Shown: piece by piece, positions 28,562 through 40,436 of the stretch
How the letters are laid out: each line of letters begins with the position of its first letter
Numbering within the stretch: the stretch's first letter is position 1
NCBI RefSeq assembly: GCF_009914755.1
Contig: NC_060929.1
Length of the DNA: 64,000 nt
Direction: 5' to 3' (one strand)
Source of the DNA: the human T2T-CHM13v2.0 reference genome, Homo sapiens
Program-made: the position numbers and the translations under genes
The notes under the pieces: model-generated
The model's input: only the letters and a program-made list of their open reading frames with translations
Told to the model about the DNA's origin: nothing
Database searches by the model: none

Positions 28562-28614
28562 ATGCAAATAATAAATTGCATCAATTGATGCAATTGAGTC
28601 AACATGAATAAACA
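28562..28614. promoter_or_regulatory. candidate enhancer core: octamer + palindromic double C/EBP-ATF site + AP-1 + forkhead
   Basis: ATGCAAAT 28562-28569; perfect palindrome AATTGCATCAATTGATGCAATT 28574-28595; TGAGTCA 28595-28601; ATAAACA 28608-28614. Confidence 0.4.
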
Positions 28615-29138
28615 GCTTTGCAGCCCAGGAAAATTTTTTAAAAAGATCTAGAGGAAGCAATAGTCATTGTAAACTTGGCCTCAGCCTACCTTTCATGATT
28701 AACATGACCAAGTAAGTTGAAGAATGAGGAATGTCATTCTGGGTTTCTTGCTAGATAAAATTAAAGCATATAATTTGTCCATTCTAATAGGGCATAGTCT
28801 CCTTATTACATAATTTTATCTAGAGATGGGCAGTAAGATCCTTCATGATTAAAAAGTTATACCAAAATAAGTGGGGAAGTAGAATTCTTGATACCTGCAA
28901 ATACAAATGAAATGGGCCTACTTTCCCTGCTTACCAATGGGACTCTGTGTCTCCCTCAAAGTATAACAACAGTACCTGGAAGCACTTTGAATTTTCTTAT
29001 CTGCTCTACTTACAGTGGTGGCCCAGAAGGCATTCCAAGAAACATTACACTAATCAGATTCAAAGAGAGTTATTTTTGCCTAAATGTATAACTAGCATAG
29101 ATGACTGACAAGATAGACTCATTTTCAAGGATCCCAGA

Positions 29139-29703
29139 TGTATTAGTTATTATTGCTATAAAATCATCTTTGGCCAAGTAGCATAAAACAACACTTTATT
29201 ACGCTCATGAATTCTGTGGGACAGGAATTCAGAAAGGGTGCTTTGGTGATAGTTTGTCTCTATTTCATGATATCTGGATCCTTAGTTGGGAATATTCAAA
29301 GATGTGGGGTGACTCAATAGCTGGGGGCTGAAATAATCTGAAGGCTCATTTATTCATATGTCTGGCACCTGGGCTGGGGAGATTCAGAGGCTATGATTGC
29401 TGACTGTATAACTCCATGTTGCCTCACCAAGTGGCCTGGCTTCCTCACAGCACAGCAGCTTCAGGGTAATCAGACTTCTTACATGGCAAGTATCCCAGCA
29501 AGGAAGGTGGAAGTGACATCACCTTTTATTACTGAGTCTCTGAAGTCACATGAGTCACTTCTACCACACTCTGAGTCACAGGAATACACAGATTCAAGAC
29601 TGAGGTTATAGACCCCCACCTCTTGATTAGAGACTATATTGTATGGAAATAGGTGAAATGGGATATGTTGCTGTGAACATCTTTGAAAAATGCAATTTGC
29701 AAT
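29139..29703 (-). mobile_element. MLT1H-like MaLR LTR
   Basis: TGTATTAGTT...ATTCTGTGGGACAGGAATTCAG...CATCTTTGAAAAATGCAAT. Confidence 0.75.
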
Positions 29704-31932
29704 GCTGGGACTAAGCTTATCTAAACTACCTACCCAGATGAGCTCAGGGGTTGGCCTATGCACAAAATTAAATTGATTCCCCAGTTAGCGCAGGGTTTAA
29801 GTACAAAGTCTCCTGGCAACAATCTCCAAGGGTAGTATCTTCAAGAATAGGCAAGAATTTCCAGTCTTTCCCGTGCACAGCAATAAATGAAGCACCCCAC
29901 ATTCTCTCCTCCAGTATTCGGGGCAGTCACCTCCCCTTTATTGTGATATGCTCATCAATCAGCCCCATCCTTCTTTCCTGGATGGAAATCCTGAAGAAGA
30001 TTTAGAGGAGAGAGATGAAAATTGGTTTTATGCTCTGCAAGGAGGGCCTATTTCCTTCCCTCATTGTAGAGTTGGGGAATGAAGTAATTTTCCATCTCTG
30101 AAGCAGCAGTGAGCAGGGCTGTAATAGAATCATGGTAAAAATGGATGTATCTGCAAGAAGGGGAGATGGACACCTTTCCTCCTGACTTGAATGCTTGCTA
30201 GGTTGCAGAACTTATAAGGCCACTTTTATGGCATTGCTGGAGGAAAGTGTTTTGAAAGCATTCTTGGGAGAGCCTTTTGGGACCTGAGAACATCTCTCAT
30301 TGTTAAAAGTAGGGGATTGCTTCACATGTATTCCCTGAATTTTTAGTATAGATGCGAATCTAGAAACTAATGTCAGATTTCTGCAGAGGCAAGGCTTTTG
30401 GAATAGTCCATGCCAAACAGTTCTGAAGGGAATATGGCAGTGAAGTCCTCGGTGGAATATGGGAGAATAATCACCACATCCTTGCTCTCTGCAGTCTTGA
30501 GAAAGACGTGAGAGGGAATCAACATTGCTGTGGCTCTCCGTGAAAGAGAACTGTGGTGGATCCTTAGGTTGATGTCCATCACGTGAGAAATATTTCCTTT
30601 CTGCCCTTGCTGGTGGTGGATGGGTTTGAAAGCCCAGAAAGGCCTAGAATAGCAAGAGAAGAGAAAGAGGAAGGAAATATGTAAACAGGAGAATGGGAAA
30701 TGTGTGAAATGAGACCCTACTCAAAAGCAACTTCACCCATAGGTAGGCCTTGTTGATCCCTAATGAGGGAAAGAACAGGTGTTGAAAAAAAATAGGAATG
30801 AAGTTTTGAAATAAACTGTACCAAATTTTTTCATATACAAGACTCTAGCATACTAAAATAAGGCTTTATAACCAAAAGTGACAGAAAAGTTAAGGAATCT
30901 GGCCAAGGAGCCATTAAAGAATCTACTATGTAATGGGAAAGGGATTTATCACAGCACAACTGGAAGTCAGTTATTGGAAAAATAATTATTACTTGTTTAA
31001 ACCCTAAAATACTGAGACTCCTCAATAAACTGGCTTCAAACTTCTTGACTCTTTAAAACTTCATATACATTTATTATTGGCAATAATACTATCTGCATAG
31101 CACACATTTCCCTGAACAAATGAAAATTATTTTAATCTTAGAGGATTTTGGCCTTAAATTTTAAGTAGTCTACAGGCCTAAAGCAATGTCAGTCCTAAAA
31201 CACTTAAGATTGATGTTCAAATGGAAGCCTGGGCTCCTGCGACTATCAGCCTGGGGATGCCAAGGTCTTATCAACCTTAGGGAAGTCCCAGACAGTTAAC
31301 AATTTAACTAATGCCACATATTAACAGCTGAGAACCTGAAAAAACAGCGGAGTTGAGCTTTTTTTAGAAGAGTAAAATATTTGGTCTACCTTCATTTTTC
31401 AGAGCTTCAGACACCTCTGTGGCCCTCCTCCTCTGAAGGAGGCAAAGGACAACAGCCTAAATTACTGGTATCTGCCATTTGCACCATCAGATGTCAGTCT
31501 CCATCCAGAACTTCCATATGTGCAATTCTCTGAGGTGGTACTTAGTGAGCCTCTTCCTTTCAGATGGTCTTAGATTTTGGTGTCCTGCTTACATGGTTAC
31601 TGATTTTGTTTAAGATCATATAATGCCCCTGCTCTTAATTACCACTCTCTTCGGGTAGAGAGAAAGGCCATCATTCATTTGCATTCAGAATGGCTGGGAA
31701 ATCTGTTAGAAAATGGAACTGCTCTTCTCCTCTCAGGTAGATATTTTTTCCTTTGGCTAGGAAAAAAAATGTAGTAGTTTTATGCCTATCTTGGCTGAGA
31801 TTCCCCACAACTGTATATGGGGTCTATAATGGACCTTCTCATAGAAAAATGAAAATAGGACTTATTAGATGTATCATTAGCACTCTACAAACTAGAAAGT
31901 ATTAAAAGATTGACTTTAGAATTGTGAGGGAA

Positions 31933-32113
31933 GTGTAGAGTTTAGTTAATAATATTGTACCAAGTCACTTTCTTTGTTTTGACAAATGTATCATGGTAAT
32001 GTAACATTAACAATGGAGGAAGCTGAAAAAGCGGGATATGATAACTCTCTGTTCTATTTTTGCAACTTTTCTGTAAATCTAAAATTATTCCAAAATAAAA
32101 AGATTGTTTAAAA
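31933..32113 (+). mobile_element. old L1 (L1MC/MD-type) 3' end with intact TSD
   Basis: CAACTTTTCTGTAAATCTAAAATTATTCCAAAATAAAA terminus; 13-bp TSD AATTGTGAGGGAA at 31920-31932 and 32114-32126. Confidence 0.8.
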
Positions 32114-32194
32114 AATTGTGAGGGAAAGTAATTTTTAACTAATATTCTGAGGTCAGCCAAACTGTCAAATAAGCATAAAGGCAAAATCAATATA

Positions 32195-32705
32195 TATTCA
32201 TGTATTCATTCATGCATTGAGCAAATATTCATTGAGTATCACTAAATGCCAGGTAATGTTTTAATTGTAAATACGCTGGTGAACAGACAAAAATCTCTGG
32301 CCTCACTGAGCTTAAATTCTAGTGGGGGAGCTGATCAACAAGAAAAACATACAGCATGATAGAAGATGCTATGGATGGAAACAAGGCAGGGTAGGAGATT
32401 TGGCAATGTTGGAGGATTGCAGTCATCATGAGGAAAGTCAGAGTTGGCTTTACTGAGCTGACATTTAACAAAGACATAAAAAAAACCAGAGAGTGAACTC
32501 TGTAGGTAGTTGGGAAAAGAGAATTCTAAGCAAAATGAGCAGCAAGTCAGCCCTGCATCTGTTTAAGAAGTTGCAAGGAGGCTGGAGAAGAGTGGTAAAG
32601 GGAAAAATCCACAGCAAAAATGAGGTCAGGAAGATAATCGTGAAGGGAACCTCATTTAGAGTCTCATAGGTCTTTGTAAGGACTTTGGTGCTAACACTAC
32701 ATGAG
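32195..32705 (-). mobile_element. L2 3' region
   Basis: ATTCATTCA...AAATATTCATTGAGTATC...GCCAGG...GAGCTTAAATTCTAGTGGGGGAG. Confidence 0.8.
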
Positions 32706-32709
32706 CTGT

Positions 32710-35030
32710 CCTTGATACAACACTCAAAGTATGAATCAGGAAAAAAATTGGACTTTATCAAAATTAAAAACTGGACTTTATCAAAATTAAAACTTCTTTT
32801 CAAAAGACAAGTTAAAAGAATGTCAAATCACAGACAGCGACAATAAATTTGCAAATCATGTATCTGATGATGGATTTGTATCTAGAATATGCAAAGAACT
32901 CTAAAATCTCAATAATAACAGGACAACTACCCATTGAAAACATGGCCAAAAGGTTTGAATAGACACTTTTACTAAAGACATAAACACAAGGCAAATACTC
33001 ACATGAAAAGATGTTAGACATCATATGCATCAGGCAATGCAATATAATAAATACCATTCTCTCTGTATGAGATACCACTATGTAACTATTAGAATGTCTA
33101 AAATTTAAAAATACCATGCAAAGTGTTGAGGGGATGTGGAGCAGCTGGAACTCTCACAGGCCACTGTGGGAAGATAAAGTGAGATATCACGCGTTGAAAC
33201 TTACTGGCAGTTATTAAAAATGTTAAACATTTTGCCAACCTTATGAAACAGCAATTCCACTGCCGGATGTTTACCCAAGAGAAATTAAAGCATATATCAA
33301 TGCAAAGACTTGCACATGAAGGTTCACAGCTGCTTATTTGCCATGCCAAAAACTGAAAACAATCAAAATGACCATTGATAGGGAACTATTGGGATATGTA
33401 AAACATAGATGAATATTAAAATAATTATGCTGAATAAAAGAATACAAACAAATGTACTGTATGTTATGGATTATATACTGTATCTTCCTGATATGTTTAA
33501 GTCCTAACCTGTAAACATGACTTTATTTAGAAGTAGGGCCTTTACAGATGTCATTAGTTAAAACAATCCCCCTTGATATATACAGAAGAGCCACAAAGAT
33601 TTTGAGAATGTTATGCCAACTGAAAACATTGCCAGCTTGAACCAAAGAGACAGAGATGGGATGAAATAATGGAGGGATGTCAGACTTGTGGGATTTTACG
33701 GGTAGGAAATAGGCCTATAAAGCCACTTGCCTGCAAATGTGTTATTCTTCAAGAAAAGGGAAGAATGCCTCTGAGGGTGGCTCAAAAGTTGGTAGGACTA
33801 ACAGGGCTCTGTGGATACAGAGGACAGGGCTAACAGTGGGCACAGAGGGAGGAGCATCAAGCCACAAAGGATTATTTTCATGCGTTGAAACCTACTGGAA
33901 TTTGCCTCACTGGGTTTGAGACATGTTTGGGAAGCACCATGACTCCTTTTAATCTCTTCCTTTTGGAATGGGAATGTCTATCCTATGCCTGTCCCATTAT
34001 TGTATTTTGGAAGCAGATAACTTATTCTCTAGTTTCACAGGTTCACAAATGAAGAATAATTTTTTTCCCAGAATGGGCCACACTCAGAATCTCACCATAC
34101 CTGATTTAGATAATTGAGAAGACGAGAATTGGGACTTCTTCAGTTGATATTTAGATGAGATTTTGAACTTAGAGTTGATGCTGAAATGGGTTAAGACTTT
34201 GGGAAATGTTGGGATAGGGTGAATGTATCTTGCTGTTGAGAGCAATATGAATTTCAAGGGGCCAGAGGGCAGAATATTGTGGATTAAATAGTGTCTTCCC
34301 CCAAAATATGTTAAGTCAAAGTCCCAACCCCTTTACCTCTGAATATGACTTTGTTTGGAGGTTTTGAAGATGTAATAGAAATAAAGTCATACTGGATTAC
34401 TCAGTGACTGGTATCCTTATAAAAAGGAGAGAGAGAAGACATTTAAAGACATCAAGGAGATACAGGGAAGAAGTCCATGTGAAGACAGAGACAGACATTG
34501 GAGTTATGCTGCCACAAGCCAAGCAATGCCAAAGACTGTCGGAAACCATCAGAAGCTAGAAAAGGCAAGGAGGAAGTCTTCCCTAGAGGCTTTGGAAGGA
34601 GACTGGTCTTGTTGACACCATGATTTCAGAATTCTAGACCTTAGAACTTTAAGTGAACACATTTCTGTTGTTTCAAGCCACCTGGCCTGTTGTAATTTGC
34701 TGTGACAGCCCCAGGAAACTAATACAATATAGGATTCCATTTCTATAAAATTCTAGAAAATACAAACTAATATCTAGTGACAGAAATTGGATCAGAAATT
34801 AGAAATTAGAATTTCTTGCTGGAAATTCGGGTGAGTGGTTGGAGACAGGAGGAAGGTGGAAAGGATTATGAAGGGACACTAGAGAACTTTTGGGGGTGAT
34901 GGATACATTCATTGTCTTGATTGTGGGTGATGGTTTTCTGGTATATAAATATATCAAAACTTGGCCAAGTGTACATTTTCAATGTGTGCATTTATTGTAT
35001 GTCAATTATACATCAATAAAGCTAGTAAGA
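32710..35030 (+). mobile_element. L1ME-type ORF2 3' part and 3'UTR, split by MLT1C provirus
   Basis: TGGACTTTATCAAAATTAAAA, CAGCAATTCCACT; resumes at 34727 GATTCCATTT...AATAAAGC. Confidence 0.8.
33462..34726 (+). mobile_element. MLT1C MaLR provirus remnant (truncated 5' LTR 33462-33560, internal, full 3' LTR 34275-34726)
   Basis: MaLR-int GAATGGGAATGTCTATCCTATGCCTGTCCC; PPT GGGGCCAGAGGGCAGAA before the 3' LTR, which ends GGAAACTAATACA. Confidence 0.85.
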
Positions 35031-35699
35031 AGTCATTTCTGGAGAGTAGAATTTGGTTTGGAATAAAGTGAGGGCTGCTGAAATAATTACATAGAATCTA
35101 CTTTCCTTTTTTTAAAAAAATCAATGTTGCACTTACTGTTTTCCTGAGAAATAGAAAACATACTTCATTAAATTCCTGGAAATATGCTCTTAAGTGGGCT
35201 TAAATGACATGGCATTAATCTCCCCTAGGCAATTTTGCCACTGTCAACTTTTGACACTTTAATCCCAACATGTTGTTTTAGGTTGGGTTCTACACTTTTT
35301 CTGTCAAGCTAAGTAATTGGAAGTCCATTCAGAATTGTATTTGCATTATTTGTTTCACTTTCTCTGAGAAACATTTTCCAATGTACAATTATATTCTTAG
35401 GTATAATTCAGTTAGTAGAAATTTTGTCCTTACAGATGTCTGCATAATGATAGCTGTTTTATTCTTCTGAAGGGCAGATGAAGTTCCTAGGTTTCTAAAA
35501 AGCTAGGAGGTGGGAATAAAAGTTTATTCCTTGATACAGGTCTGAGAATGCTGGATCACATATATTCATTAGTACCCTTTGTAAAAAATCTTATGTGATT
35601 TGATGAGTTAAGATTGGTGAAAGGGAGGGCAAAAGGAATTAAAGCTTTTGTAGTATTTTGCATTGTTGAACATTTTTTACTTAAAATCTTTAATGATGG

Positions 35700-36300
35700 A
35701 AGTTTTCCCTAGTTCTTCTCCTATTTCTCTGGCTGTTCATTTCTAGTTCCTTTTTGTGTTCTTCTTTGTGTTGTTTGGTTTTCTTTTAACCACTCCTCTG
35801 TATTTTCTTTTTGGATGACCTCATCCAAATCAATGGTTTCAAGCAGTCCAGTCTCTGTTGCCACTCACATTTAGGCAGATCTTCACATTTGTATGCCCCG
35901 CTGCCCAAAGGGTGCCTCCATTCCATGTCTTCCTCCATGTAATGAGATGTACCCTATCCTCCTAGTGTCCACTCCATAAACCTAAACATCTTCCATCTTT
36001 CTACTTCTCCTTTCTGTACGGGCAATACTTTCCAAGTCTTTTACCTTGCTCTACTTTAATACCTCTTGTATTTCTCCCTTTCTTTCCAGACGTACCAATT
36101 CCACTGTATTTTAATTATGCATCACAAATGTAGATTGCTACCTATAATCTAATTTTCCTCTACATATTTCATAAAAATATCTTTTCAAAGTATCTTTTCA
36201 AGAAATACAAACTCCTTGAAATATTCCTCATAATGTTCCTGAGACTGTTCAAAGTTGTTTTTTAGCTTAGCGCGTAAGATAAAGCCCCAACCACACATTT
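35700..36300 (+). mobile_element. L2 fragments
   Basis: TGGATGACCTCATCCAAATCAATGGTTTCAA and other L2-like pyrimidine-rich text. Confidence 0.5.
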
Positions 36301-36329
36301 AGCCATTTTTCTTTTTGTTATATATTTTT

Positions 36330-37560
36330 TAAAATACAATTTTATCAGGTTAAGATAGTTCTCTTCTTTTACTAGCTTGATAAGTATTTTCTGGTCTGTA
36401 CAATGAATTGTTTATCATAAAGGGGTGATAAATTTTATTGAATTATTTTTTCTTCATTAATAATGGGATTCTATTTTCTCTTTTAATGTTAATGTGGTAA
36501 ATTAAATTAATTGATTTTTTAAAAATGTTTAACTTGCAGTCCTGAGTAAAAAAACAACTTTTTTTTTGTTTATGATGTATTATATTTTGTTTATGATGTG
36601 TTTTTTGTGTAATGCCTATTTGGCTTGTTGATTTTTATTTATTTTGAGTATGTATTCATGAGTCTATTATCAGTCTATCAATCTGTTATTTTCACTTCTC
36701 ATAGTGTATTTATCTGGTTGTAAAATCCAGTCAGTTTCATAAATAACTGCATGATTTGGGGATCTTTTTTGTCCTCTCTGGAAAAGGCTTATAAATTTGA
36801 ATTATCTGTTGTTTGAAAGTTTGGTGGAGCTCACCTGTTAGACTGCCTAGGTCTGGAATTTTTTTTTATGGGAATATGTTTTTAACTTCGTATTCAAATT
36901 AGGAAATGATTACAGCAATAATAAAGCTTTCTATTTTTTCTTGAGCTGATTTTTAAAAGTTATCTCTTTTTTGGAGTTTGACACCTCATCTAATTTTCTG
37001 TGATTAATGGTTTATTACATTAATAGAATCCTCTTATATTAAAATTCTTGCTTTATCTGTAATTAGCCTTCTTCTAATTCCAAATGCTGTTGAATTTGTG
37101 CCTTCCTTTTTATCTTGATAACTCTCACCAGTTTTATCTTTTATTCATCGTTTTAATAGTTCCAATATACCTTTTAAAATCTATGTTTTATCTTTGTTTT
37201 ATATTCCATTAATACTAATTTTGTTCTTATCTTTGTTTTGTCTTTCTATTTATGTTGGCTTTCTTGTTATTTTCCTTATGATTGAAGTTCAATGCTTAGT
37301 TTTGTAATCTTACTCTGTTAATATTTATTTTTAAAGTTAACAAATTTGGGCTTATTTTTGTATTTTATTTTATTGTTTCTACTTTTCTTACTTTATTTTG
37401 GGTCTTGTTTTTCTCCTTTCTTGCTTTTTTAACTTGATTGTTTTTTCTTTTTTCCATTCTATTTATTTTTCCTTCTACAGGTTTGCAAATTATACATAAT
37501 ATTTCCATACTTTAGTGGTTTACACAGAAACCACTACACTAAGCTCAACTTAAGTACAAA
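36330..37560 (-). mobile_element. old L1M ORF2 fragment
   Basis: T-rich antisense L1 text (GTTTGGTGGAGCTCACCTGTTAGACTGCCTAGGTCTGG). Confidence 0.65.
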
Positions 37561-37569
37561 GTTATAAAA

Positions 37570-38320
37570 TAATAATAATGAAAAATAGAACTTGAGTCGT
37601 TGATTCATATGTAATGAGAGAACAATAGAAATAACTATGGCAATAAATTAATAACAGAAGAAAATGGAAAATATTCTAGAAAAATATAATTTATCAACTA
37701 TAAGTTAACATATTCTTCATATATTTATAAACATTAAAAATTAAACCATGATTAAAATTTACATATCAAAATATCAACAAGATCAGACAATTTTCTGAAA
37801 CCTCCATGTTTTCTGTCATATGCATACTATTCTTGAGAATTAAATATAGGAAAACTTTTCCAACATATTTTATTATGTTGGTATAATCTTAATATACAAA
37901 ATTAGATAAACGCAGTTAAAGAAAAGAAAATTGTAGGCTAATTTAGCTTATAAACATAGATGTTAATATTCTTAAAAACTGAGCACACATTAAAAGCAGC
38001 AATATATGAATAACATAAAACAATATGACCAAGTAAGATTTAACCCAGGAATATAAAAAAGATAAAAGGAGAAGGAACAGATAACAATAACAATAGGTGC
38101 AGAAAAAAACTTTTGCAATTTAGCAGCAATTCATGATGAAAAAATTCATAGTGCATTAGGGATAGAAAAGAATTTCTTTACCTGACAAAAGGTACCACCA
38201 ATAATCTATAGGGTACTTATATAATGAAGTAAAATATAAGCATTGCCTTTAAAATGAGGAACCAGACAATTCCCTCTGAGATAATGCTTTCTATTTTATG
38301 TTTTACTAAAGTTGTTAGAC
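37570..38320 (+). mobile_element. old L1M ORF2 fragment
   Basis: A-rich sense L1 text (ATAAACATAGATG, ATGACCAAGTAAGATTTAACCCAGGAAT, AGGTGCAGAAAAA). Confidence 0.7.
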
Positions 38321-39444
38321 ACTAGTTCTTTTTGGATCTTTCTCAGCTCATTTTTTGAGTGAAGTATGTTGAATTTGTCCTCTAATAGTTTTCTCAAGAA
38401 AGACTCATGAGAATAATATTCCTTGTTCTCTCAAAAGCTCAAAATGTTTAATCTGAAGCCTTTATAACTGGCCGTATAGAACTCGGATGGATGTAAGACT
38501 TTTATCTTTTCTTCCCCCTTGAGTACTATTTAGGTATTCTGTTGTCTTTTGGCGCAGCTTGCTGTAGTGAAGAAATATGATGCTGAAGTGATCTTAGTTT
38601 CTTTATAAATGATTCATTTTTTTTTGGTCTGGATATTTAACGATTCCTTCTTTATCTTTAAACTCCAATTATTTTTACTAGTGTGTTCATTGGTTGAGAC
38701 TATTTTGGCTTTTTTTTGTTTGTTTGTTTTTGTAAACGGAACGCTCTTTCAGTAACTTTTTTTTTTCCAGGATCACTTTCTTAAATTATATTTTTATACT
38801 TTTGTTCAGTTTCATTTTTTTCAAAGACACCAGCTATCTGCATATTGGATCTCCTTTGCTTATTTCCATCTTTCTCTAATTTTTAAGTTTATATAATTTC
38901 ATTTCTTTTTGCTTACTCTTATTCTGTCTTCTCTTGCTTATTATCTTTCCTGGGGCAATCTTTGTTACTTAGTCTTCTTTTCTAAAATGGTTTGGTATTT
39001 TCTATTTCAAAACAATTCCGCCAGTTCCCATCTTATATTCTGTAGTTGTCTTGTCCTCAGTCACCTGTTGTGTGCAGTATTTTTCGTAAGTTTACATATT
39101 TCTTCCTGCTGAAACTTTAGCTTATACATTTTTATATCTAAGTTCATTTTTTAATTTTAGAATCGTTTTACATTTACAGGAAAGTTGCAAAGAGAATACA
39201 GAGAGTTATTGTATATCCTGAACCCAATTCCCCCTATTGTTAGTATCTTATTATTATGGTATATAGATCACAGCTAATAAACAAATATTGATGCATTGTT
39301 ATTAAATAAACATGATACTTTATTCAGATTCATTAGTTTTTTTTCTACTATTTTTTTTTCTGTCTCAGGATCCTATCCAGGCTGTCATATTACATTTAGT
39401 GACCACATCTCTTTCAGCTCCTCTAGACTGTGACAGTTTCTCAT

Positions 39445-39830
39445 TGGGGTGGTTAGTTTTCTGTGTCAATTTTGGCTAGGTCCCCAGTTATTCTATTAAA
39501 CACTAATCTTTGTGTTGCTATGAAGGTATTTTGTAGATGTGGTTAACATATACAGTCACTTGGCTTTAAGTAAAGATTATACTTTCTGATATTGGTGGGC
39601 CTCATGCAACAAGTTGAAAGGCCTTAAGAGCAGAACTGAGGTTTTCCTGGGGAAGAAATTCCACCTGTGGACTGCACTGTCAGCTCCTGCTCAAGGAATT
39701 CCAGCTTGTTGGCCTGCCCTGCAGATTTCAGACTGTCCAGTCCCCAGAATCACATAAAACAGTTTCTTTAAATTTCTGTTTTTCTCTCTCCTATTGGTTC
39801 TGTTTCTGTAGTAGAACCCTGACTTATACA
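39445..39830 (+). mobile_element. MLT2D ERVL LTR
   Basis: GTGGTTAGTTTTCTGTGTCAA...GTGGGCCTCAT...CCTATTGGTTCTGTTTC...GAACCCTGACTTATACA. Confidence 0.85.
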
Positions 39831-39984
39831 CTTAGACTTTGTTTTCAATGGCATTGACAGTTTTGAGAGGTAATGATAAGGTATTCTGTAGACTATCTCT
39901 CAGTCAAGTTTTTCTGATGTTTGGACAGAAGTTAGGGGTTTTTGAGAGGAAGACCACTGAAAGGAAAGCTATTTTAAACATATA

Positions 39985-40436
39985 CAGAAGTCTCCCTTTA
40001 TCCACAGGGGGTACATTCCAAGACTCCCCCCAGTGGATGGCTGAAATTGCCAATAGTACTGAACCCTCTATATACACTATATTTTTTCCTATACATATCT
40101 CACTACTCTTGTGCTTTGGGGCCATTCGTAAGTAAAATAAGGGTGACTTGAACTCAAGCACTGTGATATTGCAACAATTGATCTGATAACCGAGCCAGTT
40201 ACTAAATGGTTAACAGGCAGGAAGGGTCTACTGCTTTGTTCTGCTGGATAAAGGGATGATTCACACCCTGAACAGGACAGTAGGATAAAATGAGATTTCA
40301 TCACACTACTCAGAATGGCGTGTAATTTAAAATTTATAAATTGTGTATTTGTGGAATTTTTCATTTAATGTTATTGGACTATCGTTGACTGCAGGTGACA
40401 TGTAAAGTGAAACTGCAGATAAGAGGGGGACTACTG
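39985..40436. mobile_element. MER44 (Tigger7-derived) DNA transposon
   Basis: TIRs CAGAAGTCTCCCTTTATCCACAG / CTGCAGATAAGAGGGGGACTACTG with TA target duplications. Confidence 0.85.

Noticed and set aside
31484-31497. CTCF-like CCATCAGATGTCAG
   Set aside because: Two core mismatches and a single site; cannot be supported without ChIP data
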